A stretch of 61,681 nt of DNA, filler included, from Chiloscyllium plagiosum (lineage: Eukaryota): assembly GCF_004010195.1 (NCBI RefSeq). It is 4 parts of one record of this genome, joined end to end, with 100 filler letters (N's around TTAATTAATTAA, not from the genome) between each part and the next. Parts side by side here need not be neighbours in the genome. Positions count along the whole stretch, not along the records: positions 1 to 16,639 come from NC_057712.1; positions 16,740 to 36,060 come from NC_057712.1; 2 more parts are not named here. One strand, given 5' to 3'. Positions 12,176-25,500 of the stretch are shown here, one piece after another. Position 1 is the stretch's first letter. Every line of letters begins with the position of its first letter. The translations under genes and the position numbers were made by a program. Under the pieces are notes generated by a model. The model was not told the DNA's origin. It did no database searches and was given only the letters and a program-made list of their open reading frames with translations.

Positions 12176-13625
12176 GTGGATCATACAGCCTTTGAGACTG
12201 TATTTATAAATGAGAGGGACCATATTGTTGAAGAGGAGAGTATGAAACAGACTGGTAAGCTAGAAGAGATACTTGTTAGGAAGGAAGATGTGTTGGGCAT
12301 TTTGAACAACTTGAGGATAGACAAGTCCCCCGGGCCTAACGGGATATATCCTAGGATTATGTGGGAAGCAAGAGAGGAAATTGCAGAGCTGTTGGCAATG
12401 ATCTTTTCGTCTTCACTGTCAACGGGGGTGGTACCAGGGGACTGGAGAGTGGCGAATGTTGTGCCCCTGTTCAAAAAAAGAAATAGGGATAACCCCGGGA
12501 ATTACAGGCCAGTTAGTCTTACTTCGGCGGTAGGCAAAGTAATGGAAAGGGTACTGAGGGATAGGATTTATGAGTATCTGGAAAGACACTGCTTGATTAG
12601 GGACAGCCAGCACGGATTTGTGAAGGGTAGGTCTTGCCTTACAAGTCTGATTGAATTCTTTGAGGAGGTGACCAAGCATGTGGATGAGGGTAGAGCAGTG
12701 GATGTAGTATACATGGATTTTAGTAAGGCATTTGATAAGGTTCCCCATGCTAGGCTTNNNNNNNNNNNNNNNNNNNNNNNNNNNNNNNNNNNNNNNNNNN
12801 NNNNNNNNNNNNNNNNNNNNNNNNNNNNNNNNNNNNNNNNNNNNNNNNNNNNNNNNNNNNNNNNNNNNNNNNNNNNNNNNNNNNNNNNNNNNNNNNNNNN
12901 NNNNNNNNNNNNNNNNNNNNNNNNNNNNNNNNNNNNNNNNNNNNNNNNNNNNNNNNNNNNNNNNNNNNNNNNNNNNNNNNNNNNNNNNNNNNNNNNNNNN
13001 NNNNNNNNNNNNNNNNNNNNNNNNNNNNNNNNNNNNNNNNNNNNNNNNNNNNNNNNNNNNNNNNNNNNNNNNNNNNNNNNNNNNNNNNNNNNNNNNNNNN
13101 NNNNNNNNNNNNNNNNNNNNNNNNNNNNNNNNNNNNNNNNNNNNNNNNNNNNNNNNNNNNNNNNNNNNNNNNNNNNNNNNNNNNNNNNNNNNNNNNNNNN
13201 NNNNNNNNNNNNNNNNNNNNNNNNNNNNNNNNNNNNNNNNNNNNNNNNNNNNNNNNNNNNNNNNNNNNNNNNNNNNNNNNNNNNNNNNNNNNNNNNNNNN
13301 NNNNNNNNNNNNNNNNNNNNNNNNNNNNNNNNNNNNNNNNNNNNNNNNNNNNNNNNNNNNNNNNNNNNNNNNNNNNNNNNNNNNNNNNNNNNNNNNNNNN
13401 NNNNNNNNNNNNNNNNNNNNNNNNNNNNNNNNNNNNNNNNNNNNNNNNNNNNNNNNNNNNNNNNNNNNNNNNNNNNNNNNNNNAGTGGCAGAGTCAGAAT
13501 CATTGGTGACCTTTAAGCGGCAATTGGATAGGTACATGGATGGGTGCTTAAGCTAGGACAAATGTTCGGCACAACATCGTGGGCCGAAGGGCCTGTTCTG
13601 TGCTGTATTGTTCTATGTTCTATGC
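12176..13625 (+). mobile_element. Young CR1 LINE, 5'-truncated ORF2 (assembly gap 12758-13483)
   Basis: Open frame [45 protein letters not shown]; (TATGTTC) tail. Confidence 0.95.
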
Positions 13626-13936
13626 TCTGCCATTCAATATAATGAAGGCCCAACCTTCACCTCAATTCCACATCCCTACACTCCCTTTGCCCATACGCCC
13701 CAAATCTTGGAGACACTAAAAGTTCAGCCTAATCATAGTCTTAAATAAATAATGGAGCATCGAACGATGAGGGACAGAGAATTCCAAAGATTCACAACCT
13801 TGGGAATACAGACATTTCTTCTCCAGCCTGTCTGAAATGATCATCACCTTACGCTGAAACTGTGACCCGTGTTCCAGGTCCCCCACTTCGTAGAAACAGC
13901 CTCGCAACATTCTACTCATCAAACCCCTTCAGATTC

Positions 13937-14200
13937 TTAAATGAAAACAAAGCGCTGGAAAACCTCTGCATCTGTGGACAGAGAAACAGAGTTAATGTTG
14001 AATTTAATTACTCTTCTTCAGAGCTTCTTTATACCATCCTCGAACCGAAGGGTAAGGAAGCAGTGTGGGGATAAAGAAGTTCCAAAGAAGAGTAATTAAA
14101 TTCAACATTAACTCTGTTGTTGTCTCCCCAGACACTGCCTGACCTGAGATGCTCTGTTTTTATTTCCAATTTCCAGCATCTACAGCGTTTTACTTTTATT
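13937..14200. mobile_element. Palindromic PLE-terminus element inserted in an old minus-strand CR1 fragment
   Basis: Near-perfect inverted arms at about 13987-14033 and 14071-14117 with a degenerate CTGAAGA-A-GAG..core; one-sided tail ..tttccagcatctacagcgttttacttt. Confidence 0.7.
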
Positions 14201-14539
14201 CCTTTCAGTACTTTTTCCCAGTTCATTGTTTCCGTGGAACTCCAGTGACTATTGACCCAATTTGTTTCAGCTCTCATCATAGCACAACCCCCTTATCCCT
14301 GGGACCAATAGAGTGAACCTTTGTTGGAATAGATCCAATATCAGCATATCCTTCCTTAAATATGGAGATCAAATTGCACACAGTATTCCAGACATTTAAA
14401 AAACAAACTGTATCAATTTCAAACAAGATGAAAACTTCTTGTCCCCAGATTGTAATCTACCAGCCACCTCACTGCCCATTGTCACAGCTTACATTCTCAC
14501 CTACATTTGTATTATTGGTAAACACATAATAATTAGGGT

Positions 14540-15285
14540 CATAGAGATGTACAGCACGGAAACAGACCCTTTGGTCCAACCCGTCATGCCGACCAGATAT
14601 CCCAACCTAATCTAGTCCTATTTGCCAGCACTTGGCCCATATCCCTCCAAACCCTTCCTATTCATATACCCATCCAACTGCCTTTAAAATGCTGCAATTG
14701 TACCAGCCTCCCACCACTTCCTCTGGCAGCTCATTCCATACACACACCACCCTATGTGTGAAAAGCTGCCCCTTAGGTCTCTTTTGTATCTTTCCCCCTC
14801 ACCCTAAACCTATGCCCTCTAGTTCTGGACNNNNNNNNNNNNNNNNNNNNNNNNNNNNNNNNNNNNNNNNNNNNNNNNNNNNNNNNNNNNNNNNNNNNNN
14901 NNNNNNNNNNNNNNNNNNNNNNNNNNNNNNNNNCCTGCGACTGCACTTTCAAGGAGCTATGAACCTGCACTCCAAGGTCTCTTTGTTCAGCAACACTCCC
15001 TAGGACCTTACCATTAAGTGTATAAGTCCTGCTAAGATTTACTTTCCCAAAATGCAGCAGCTCACATTTATCTGAATTAAACTCCATCTGCCACTTCTCA
15101 GCCCATTGGCCCATTTGGTCAAGATCCTGTTGTAATCTGAGGTAACCCTCTTCGCTGTCCACTACACCTTCAATTTTGGTGTCATCTCCAAGCCGACTAA
15201 CTCTCCTTCCTATGTTCACATAGGAATCATTTATGTAAATGAGGAAGAACAGTGAACCCAGCACCGATCCTTGTAGCACACATTA
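14540..15285 (-). mobile_element. CR1 LINE 3' portion (gap 14831-14933)
   Basis: QGSVLG..IYIND..DDTKI..WAEKWQMEFN. Confidence 0.9.
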
Positions 15286-15746
15286 CTTCCACCTGTTTTT
15301 CCAAGTCTTTAGTATTGATTATATATAGCTGAGGCCCCACCCCTGATGTTTGTAACACTCCACAAATCACATCCTGCTAACTTGAAAATGCCCCATTTCT
15401 CTCGACTTTGTCCATGAACCAGCCCTCTACCCACATGAATATATCACAACAACTTCATGACTCTTTATTTTGTGCATTAACATTTGTGTGAGGTACAGAT
15501 CAGAAAATGATGTCTTGCAGTCCTGCCATGTACTGATCTTCAATAGGATAGTGCACTGGGCATTACAACCTCAGCAGCTCCAGAAATAAGCAGCACTTGC
15601 AAGAGTTAATACATCAAAGTGAGCACAGAAACTGGTCCTACAACCGAATCCACATTGCTGTATCTGTAGCTTGTAGTTAGAAGTTCCATGCACTGACAGG
15701 ATCATGTTCAATCACACCATTCAGAAAATAAAAAGAAACAGTTGCT

Positions 15747-15752
15747 TTTATT
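15747..15752 (-). promoter_or_regulatory. Candidate VAV2 polyadenylation signal (AATAAA)
   Basis: AATAAA on the minus strand about 715 nt past the stop, in unique AT-rich sequence; no transcript support. Confidence 0.3.
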
Positions 15753-16466
15753 TCCTGTTTTTGTGAAAGGTACTGTCTTGGAATTGCAATCACTGTCTGA
15801 TCAGCTTCTCGGCCTCAGTATACTTCTGTCACAGAGAAAGAGTAGTGAGTTGTGCTGAAATCTTTCCCTGCACCCCAACTCCAAGCAGCAACACAGATTC
15901 TCCCAGTCTCTTCAAACCAACTGCTTTCTGTGTGTTAGCCAGTGCAAATAATTGTACCAATTTACATTTTCAATCCATTTTTCAACAAATTGAGTGATAA
16001 TTTTAAACTATAATTCCATTTAACCCACAATAAATCCAAATATATACACTGGCATAAGCCTAAAAACATTCCTTAAAATATTCACATACATTGTGGCGTT
16101 GCTACTTGGTAAAATAATTACAAATGACTTTTAGAAAGGATCCTATGTACCCCGTCCCCCTCACACATTCACTCACACACACACACTTCATGTACAAACA
16201 CATTCTTCCCCAAACATTCAAACACTACAATCGACTAGAGTTACTCCCATTCTGATTGGTTGTTTTGAATAAAGAATTTATATACAACAGAAGGAATCTT
16301 TTGATAACCAATCTGAAAATCCTAAAAGAGTCATCAGTAAAAAGCAGGAAGTTTGCTGAAAATCCTTTGCCACCAGCGCAAGAGCAAGGATCAGATCCTG
16401 GATCCTGGATGTTGGAATGTGCAAAATAAATGGTTTCTGTCGAGAAGGTGAGGTCTCAGCGACCAA

Positions 16467-16514
16467 TCATGGCATCCCTTCCTCATCTACGTATGTTGAA
16501 GGAAACCAGCCAAT
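16467..16514 (-). CDS. VAV2: VAV2 last coding exon with stop codon
   Basis: gacag|[63 protein letters not shown]. Confidence 0.96.
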   Translation of the reverse strand: MGWFPSTYVDEEGMP

Positions 16515-19500
16515 CTGTCAGAAAGAAAAGAACCAATTAGACCCCTGAGCTCAGTGAGTGATTTCAACATGTGACCAGGGTATCAGCTGATCCAGTCTAC
16601 AGTACAGTTACATGGAGGGGGGAAGAGGACCGTGGGGAGNNNNNNNNNNNNNNNNNNNNNNNNNNNNNNNNNNNNNNNNNNNNTTAATTAATTAANNNNN
16701 NNNNNNNNNNNNNNNNNNNNNNNNNNNNNNNNNNNNNNNGTTTAAAAAGGGAGTAAGGCAAAAGACAGAATATTACAAACCGATTAGCCTAACCTCAGTC
16801 GTGGGTAAGATCCTGGAATCCATTGTGAAGGATGAGATTTCTGAATACTTGAAAGTGTATGATAAATAGGGCAAAGTCAGCATGATTTCATCAAGGGGAG
16901 ATCATGCCTGACAAATTTGCTAGAATTCTTTGAAGAAGTAATGAATAGGTTAGACCAAGGAGAGCCTATGGATGTTATCTACCTGACTTCAAGAAGGCCT
17001 TTGACAAAGTCCTGCACAGGAGGCTACTGAGTAAAATAAGGGCCCATGGTGTTAGAGGCAAGGTGCTAGCATGGATAGAAGATTGACTCTCTGGCAGAAA
17101 GCAGAGAGTGGGGGTCCTTCTCAGGATGGCAGCCGGTGACCAATGGTGTTCCACAAGGCTCAGTTTTGGGACCACAAACATTTGACTTTATAAAGTATAA
17201 AGTGAAGAAACTGAGGGCATTCTGGCTAAGTTTGCAGATGATACAAAGATAGGTAGAGGGACAGGTGGCATTGAGGAGGCAGGGAGGCTGCAGAAGGGTT
17301 TGGACAGGTTAGGAGAGTGGGCAAAGAAGTGGCAGATGGAGTACAGCATGGGAAAGTGTGAGGTCATGCACTTTGAAAGGAAGAAAAGAGGCGTGGACTA
17401 TTTTCTGCCGAAAATGTGTTGCTGGAAAAGCGCAGCAGGTCAGGCAGCATCCAGGGAACAGGAGAATCGACGTTTCGGGCATAAGCCCTTCTTCAGGTTC
17501 CTGAAGAATGTCCAGCCTGACATTCCTGAAGAAGGGCTTATGCCCAAAATGTCGATTCTCCTGTTCCCTGGATGCTGCCTGACCTGCGGCGCTTTTCCAG
17601 CAACACATCTCCGGCTCTGATCTCCAGCATCTGCAGTCCTCACTCTCTCCTCATGGACTATTTTCTAAATGGGGAGAAAATCCTCAAGTCTGAAGTGCAA
17701 AGATTTGGGAGTTCTAGTCCAGGATTCTCTCACGGTAAGCTTGCAGGTTGAGTCAATAGTTAGGAAGGCAAATGCAATGATGGCATTTATTTTGAGAGGA
17801 CTTAAATATAAAAGCAGGGATGTACCTCTGAGGCTCTCTAATGCTGTGGTCAGACCACATTTGGAGAACTGGGTACAGTTTTGGGCCCCTTAATCTCAGG
17901 GAGGATCTACTGACCCTGGAGCGTGTTTGGAGGATGTTCACAAGAATTATTCCAGAAATAAAAAGCTTACCATATAAGGAACATTTGAGGACTCTGGGTC
18001 TATACTCATGGAGTTTAGAAGGATGAGGGGGTACAGAATTCTGAAAGGCCTGGAGGAGATACTAGGACCCAAATGCATAGCCTTACAGTAAAGGGAAGAC
18101 AGTGGAGATAAGGAGAAAGATCTTCAGCCAGAGAGTGGTGAATCTGTAGATTTCATTGGGCACAGAGGGCTGTGGAGGCCAGGTCATTGGGTGCATTTAA
18201 AACTGAGATAGATAGGTTCTTGAGTACTAAGGGTTACAGGAGAAGGCGGGAGAATGAGATTGAGAATCTTATACCCATGGTTGAATGGAAGAGCAGACAC
18301 GATGGGCTGAATGGCCTAATTTCTGCTCCTATGTCTTATGGACTCTGGTTGAAACTTTGTCAGAAAAAACATACCATTTAGACAATGACTGACAAAACAC
18401 TGCTAGGCTTTGTTTAAATTTAAACCAGTCAGGTTGACACTGATTAGTGAAGGTATTAAACTGAAGAATGTACCAGAGAATGGCTGTCACCTATTTTAAT
18501 TTGAAACAGACACAATGTGTATATGTTCTGTCCCTTTCTAGGACAGTTTCATGTTGCTATCATGATGTAATAACATGAAGTAGTGTTTGCCACAAACAGG
18601 AGACTGTCATCAAGCCAAACTGACATTCTGACCACCACACAAATGAGTCATGTGTTATACAACTCTCAGTGCCTGTGTGATGTCAGGCATACAAAGACTT
18701 TGTTCCAAAGCCTGGCAGTTCATATCAACATCTTTGGATGTTCATAACAAGCAAGGTATTGGCTGTAGCCAACCTGTCAGAGTTTACAAAACTGAAGCAT
18801 GGTGTCCAATGGGCGGCACGATGACACAGTGGTTAGCACTGCTGCCTCACAGCGCCAGAGACCCGGGTTCAATTCCCGCCTCAGGCGACTGACTGTGTGG
18901 AGTTTGCACGTTCTCCCCGTGTCTGCGTGGGTTTCCTCCGGGTGCTCCGGTTTCCTCCCACAGTCCAAAGATGTGCAGGTCAGGTGAATTGGCCATGCTA
19001 AATTGCCCGTAGTGTTAGGTAAGGGGTAAATGTAGGGGTATGGGTGGTTTGTGCTTCGGCGGGCCGGTGTGGACTTGTTGGGCCGAAGGGCCTGTTTCCA
19101 CACCGTAAAAAAAAAAATGTTAGATGTGGTTTGGCAGTTAGAAAATGTTTGCTAAATACTTCAGCATGTGCCAAGATTTTGAGGGGATTTGGTGTAAATA
19201 GGGGAAATATTTACAGGTTAGAAGCTAAAAGTAGGACATTTTTTAAAAATAAATAAAACAGATGCCAGGCCAGGTGATGTGTTGTCTCTGATGACCCCAT
19301 TGTGGTTCATAGTGACCACATCTGTAACAAGTGTTGGTTGTGAGAGGAATTCCGGCTCCGAGTCAATGAGCTGGAGTCTGAGCTTCAAATATTGTGGCAC
19401 ATTGGGGAGGGGTGTGTGGCAGTGACATCCCTTAGATTAATGACCTTGATTTTGGACAGTGGTCAACAACAGGGGACTACAGGCGAGGCAGGTAGAGGGT

Positions 19501-22500
19501 TGCAGGAGGTAGTGTTAAAGGAGCCTCAGCTGTTGAGTGTGTCAAACAGGTTTGAGGTTCTTGCTCCCTACGTGGACAAGAGTAGGAGCTGTAGGGAGGA
19601 TGAACAAACTGTCGATAGCACTGTGGCACAGGGAGCCTCGGGGAGTGGGGGGGTGGAGAGAAAAAGAACAAATGTCATTATAATCAGTGATAGTATAGTC
19701 AGGGGAATAGACACTGTTCTCTGTGGCTATAATCGAGAGTCCCAAAGCCTGTGTTATCTGCCTGGTGCCTGCATTCAGGATCTCTCATCTGGGCTGTAGA
19801 AGGACTTGGAGTGGGAGGGGAATGATCTGCATTGTGGTCCACATTGGTACGAATGATACAAACAGGAGGAAGGAGGTTCTGCTGAGGGAATAGAATAGAA
19901 TGTTTTTATAGAATCCCTACAGTGTGGAAACAGGCCCTTCAGCCCAACAAGTCCACACCAACCCTCTGAAGAGCAACCCACCCATACCCATTCCCTACAT
20001 TTGCCCCTTCACCTAACACTACGGGCAATTTAGCATGGCCAATTCACCTGACCTGCACATCTTTGGACTGTGGGAGGAAACCGGAGCACCCGGAGGTAAC
20101 CCACGCAGACACGGGGAGAACGTGCAAACTCCACACAGTCAGTCGCCTGAGGTGGGAATTGAACCCGGGTCTCTGGCGCTGTGAGGCCGCAGTGCGAACC
20201 ATTGAGCCACCATGCTGCCCCATTGCGATAGAGCTGAGGAGAGAATCTTCCTCTCTGAGGATGGTCAGTCTTAAGAATGATCTTCCTTTAAAGACAGTGG
20301 AAGCAGAATCCATAAACATTAGTCAGGCAGTGGTAGGGAGGGGTGTGGAAGGTACTGGGGGTAGGCAGAATGTGGAATAATCAGATCAGTCCCGATCCTA
20401 TAGAATGGTGGAGCTGACCTGAGAAGCTGAGCAGCCTATTCCTGCTTCTAATTCATATCTTTGTTTATTTGTTTGTTCAGATGGTGAAGATGATCAAATA
20501 TATTCAATTAAAGTGAAACACAGGTAGTAATCTTCCATGAATCCTCAGATTCTGGAAAAGCCCAGAAAATTGGAAAACTGACAATGTAACACATTTAACT
20601 CAAAAATGGAGGGAGCCAAAAGAAAATAGGTATCTATAGGCCAGTTTGCTTAACATCTGTGATTGGGGAAATGATGTGATAGCAGAGCATTAAGACATGC
20701 ATCACATAATCAAGTAAAGTCAGCATGGCTTCATGTGGGGAACCATGCCTGAGAAATTTATTACAGTTCCTTGAGGAGCTAATGAACAGGATAAATATAG
20801 GATAGCTATAGATATAGATATAGAGACACCAGAAGGATTTCCAAAAGGTATTTGAAAAGGTCCCACACTTAAAGACTCCTTAATAAGATAAAAGCCTATG
20901 GGGTTGTGGTAGTATATTAGCATGGATAAAGGATTGTCTAACTAATAGAAGACAGTGTTGGGATAAAGGAGGCTCTTTCAGGATGGCAACCTGTAACAAT
21001 TACAATGCCACGGGGATCAGTGATGGGGCCACAATTATTTACAACATACATTAATGTCTTGGATGAGGAAAATGAATGTACAGTATATACACTGCATCCA
21101 CAAAATCACAAATCATGAATTTGCCAATTCACGCCAAAAAATAAGTAACACCAAAAATCAACATCTGCAGGCAGAATTCACACATCCGTGATTTTTAACT
21201 TATTTTTAAACAAGCTCTGCACTTGTGAATTTCATCATAGGTGGGACTTCTGAGGAACAGAACCCTCATGGATATGGACGAATGACTGTACAATCGCCAA
21301 CATTGCTGATGACACAGACAAGCTATGAGGCTGACACAAGCAGTCAACAGAGGGACACAGACAGGTTCAGCGAGTGGCTGAAAACTTGGAAGGAGGAATA
21401 TAATGTGGGAAAATGTGAGGTTATGCACTTTCGCAGGAAGAACAGAGCAGCTGAATATTATTTAGGTGGAGAAAGACTGCAGGGAGCTACAGAAATGAGG
21501 GAGTTGGGAGTCCTCATCCATAAATCACAAAAAACTAGCATCCAAGTTCAATTGGTCATAAGGAAGGTAAACGAAATGTTGGTCCAAAGGGAATCAGAGT
21601 TTAAAAGTAGGGAAATAGTGGTAAAACTGTATAACGCACAAGTCAGATCACAGCTGGAATACAGAACAGCTTTGGGCCCCTTATCTAAGAAAAGATATAC
21701 TGGCATTAGATATAGTTCAGTGAAGATTCACTAGATTGATCTCAGGTATAGAGGTACTGTCTTATGAGAAGATGTAGAATAGTTTGGGCCTGTACTGATT
21801 AGAATTTAGAAAGATGAGAGGAGACATGATTGAAACGTATTAAGACTCTTAAAACACTTAACAGGGGAGATGCAAAAAGGTTGTTTCTCCAGGTGGGAGA
21901 TTTTAGAACCAAAGGACATCATCTCAGCGTAAGGAGAGAGAGGACATAGATGAAGGGGAATTCCTTCTCTTTTAGGGTAGTGAATGTTTGGAATTCTTAA
22001 CCACAGGGGCCTGTCAAGGATGTGTTTTTAAGTATATTCAAGGCTGTGATAAACAGATTTTTTTAAACAGAAAAGGAATCAAAGGCTATTGGGAAAAGGC
22101 AGGAAAATGGAGTGGAATATTATCAGATCAGCCAAGACCTCACTGAATAGCAGAGTCAACTGGATGGACTGAATGGCCTCCTTCTGCTCCTCTCTCATCT
22201 TAAAATGAAAAATTGCTTCAAAAAGAGTCATATTAAAAGTTGTGGGGAGTGTAGTGAGACTTTGTGGGTTACTAGAGTATGCAGGGAATGGGATGAGAAG
22301 AGCAGAATATTAAAGGCTAAATGGAGGGAGGAGGAGATTGGGATTATTTTTGTGGGGTATTAAAATTTAAGACAGTGACAGAGAGTGTGGGATAAGACTG
22401 GGTTCATCATGGGGAGAGTGGTTTCTTATTCCTGCTGCATTCCAACACTCACCTTTCCATTTGCTTCACCTTTCCACCAGCCCTGGTCACCCCCAATTTT

Positions 22501-25500
22501 GTTGAAGATCTTCACAGTGTCTCCTTCCTGAAGTGACAGCTCACGCATGTCACGTGCTGCAAAGTTATATCGTGCTGTCGCCATGCCAATAGGTCGGGGG
22601 TTAAACACTGAGTGGAGACATTCAAAAGAAACTTCAGCAAAACTTTAATAATTAAGATGTTGATCACCTTTATCATAGAACATAGAACAATACAACACAG
22701 AACAGGCCCTTCGGCCCACGATGTTGTGCTGAACATTTGTCCTAGCTTAAGCACCCATCCATGTACCAATCCAATTGCCGCTTAAAGGTCACCAAAGATT
22801 CTGACTCTACCACTCCCACAGGCAGCGCATTCCATGCCCCCACCACTCTCTGGGTATGACCTATTCTCCATTCCAGGCAACATCCTGGTAAATCTTTTCT
22901 GCACCCTCTCGAAAGCTTCCACATCTTTCCTAAAGTGAGGCGACCAGAACTGCACACAGTACTCCAACTGTGGCCTAACCAAAGTCCTGTACAGCTGCAA
23001 CATCACTTCACGACTCTTGAATTCAATCCCTCTGCTAATGAATGATAATACTCCATAGGCCTTCTTACAAACTCTATCCACCTGAGTGGCAACCTTCAAA
23101 GATCTATGTACATAGACCCTAAGATCCCTCTGTTCCTCCACCTTACTAAGAACCCTACCGTTAACCCTGTATTCCGCATTCTTATTTGTTCTTCCAAAAT
23201 GGACAACCTCACACTTGGCAGGGTTGAACTCCATCTGCCACTCCTCAGCCCAGCTCTGCATCATATCTAAGTCCCTCTGCAGCCGACAACAGCCCTCCTC
23301 ACTGTCCACAACTCCACCTCTCTTCGTATCATCTGCAAATTTACTGACCCATCCTTCGACTCCCTCATCTAAGTCATTAATAAAAATTACAAACAGCAGA
23401 GGACCCAGAACTGGTCCCTGCGGAACTCCACTTGTAACTGGGCTCCAGGCTGAATATTTACCATCTACCACCACTCTCTGCCTTCGACTGGTTAGCCAGT
23501 TTTCTATCCAATTGGCCAAATTTCCCTCTATTCCATGCCTCCTGACTTTCCGCATAAGCCTACCATGGGGAACCTTATCAAATGCCTTACTAAAATCCAT
23601 GTACACTACATCCACTGCTCTTCCCTCATCCACATGCTTGGTCACCTCCTCGAAGAATTCAATAAGACTTGTAAGGCAAGACCTACCCCTCACAAATCCG
23701 TGCTGGCTGTTCCTAATCAAGCAGTGTCTTTCCAGATACTCATAAATCCTATCCCTCAGTACCCTTTCCATTACTTTGCCTACCACAGAAGTAAGACTAA
23801 CTGGCCTGTAATTCCCGGGGTTATCCCTATTCCCTTTTTTGAACAGGGGCACAACATTCGCCACTCTCCAGTCCCCTGGTACCACCCCCATTGACAGTGA
23901 AAGGTGAAGTAATGAAAACCAGGAGCAAATAACTGGGGTAAACATTGTGGACTGATGCCATCGTGAAGATGCCATCGTGAACAATGTTGATCATGACAAC
24001 TCTTTCTGATCAGTAAAGTACACAATGGAACAGAACATTTCAAGAGCTGGTTTTTAAGCGTTGGATGAAAAAAAACCAAGCTCATGGCAAGAGAAAGACA
24101 TTGCCTGCTGAGGTCACAGCTGGGACTTTCCAACAGCCATAGGTGGGAGCTGCACACGGGGATCCTGAGGATTCCCTATCACAGCAGCCTCCGAAGGGAT
24201 TGCCTGGGAAACTGAAGATTCCGTTGGGAATTCCCCTGCATGGAACTCTCCAGAAGTTACCATTTAAATTGGAGAATTCAGAAATTAAGTAGCTACTCAG
24301 GAAAGGTTAAACCATTAAATACATTTCCTAACTCGAGTCAGTATTCAACTTCTCCATACTTTAAAAAGAGGAACAGATAAATGGAGGAGTAGGCTATTCA
24401 GCTCTCCCAGAGATTATGGCTGATTATCCAACTCAGTTCCCTTTTCTTGCTTTTCCTTCAGGACCTTTGATCCCTTTAGCCCTTAGAAATATATCTAACT
24501 CCTTGAAAATATTCAATATTTGGCCTCAACTACTCTCTGTGGTAGTGACTTCCACAGGCTCCCCACCCTCTGGGTAGGCATTTCTCCTCATCTCAGTCTG
24601 AAATGACCTATCCCATATCCTTGCTAAACCACATTACTATATCCTTAGACCTTGATCCCTGGTTCTAGCCTCCTGGGTCATCAGGAACATCCTTCCTGCA
24701 TCTTCTCTCCTTAGGCCTGTTGAATATTAGACATGAGATTCTCCCTCATTCTTCTTGAATAATTTTAACTAATTCAATCTCTCTTCATATGCCGGTCCTG
24801 CCATCCTAGGAATCAGTCTGGTAAAACGTCACTGCACTCACTCCATCACCAGAACATCCTTCCTCAGATAAGGAAACCAAAACTGCACACCATACTCCAG
24901 GTGTGATCTCACCAGAGGCCTGTATAATTGCAGCAAGACATCCCTGCTCCTTTCCTCAAATCCTCTCACTGGGAAGGCCAACACCCCATTTGCCTTCTTT
25001 ACTGCCTGCTCACTTTCAGCATCTGGTGTATGAGGACACCCAGGTCTCAACCCCCTTTCCCAACCCATCACTATCCAGGTAATAATCTGCCTTCCTGATT
25101 TTACTATCAAAGTGGATAATGTCACACTTATCCACATTATGCTGCATCAGCCTGACCTCTGCTCACTTAGCCTATCCAAATCACACTGAAGCATCTCTGC
25201 ATCCTCCTCACAGCTTACCCTCCCAGCCAGCTTTGAGTCATCTGCAGATTTGGAGATCACACATTTAGTTCCCTCAGGTAAATCATTAACATATATTGTA
25301 AATAGATGGGATCCAAGCACTGTTCTCTGCAATATTCTACTAGCCTCTGTCTGCCAATCAGAAAAGACCGGTTTATCCCTATTCTTTGTTTCCTGTCTGC
25401 CAATCAGTTCTCTATCAGTGTTAATACACAACCCCCAATCCCATGCACTCAGGATTTGCACATTAACTTCTTTGGTGGCAGCTTATCAGAAAGCCTTCTG

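Noticed and set aside
12419..13556. Long ORFs spanning N runs (also 35049-35750)
   Set aside because: Their length comes from assembly gaps.
16684..16695. TTAATTAATTAA palindrome (also 36105-36116 and 55203-55214)
   Set aside because: It is a synthetic six-frame-stop linker centred in 100-nt N spacers.
18811..18885. tRNA-like sequence
   Set aside because: It is a SINE head that continues into the SINE body and is repeated many times; not a tRNA gene.
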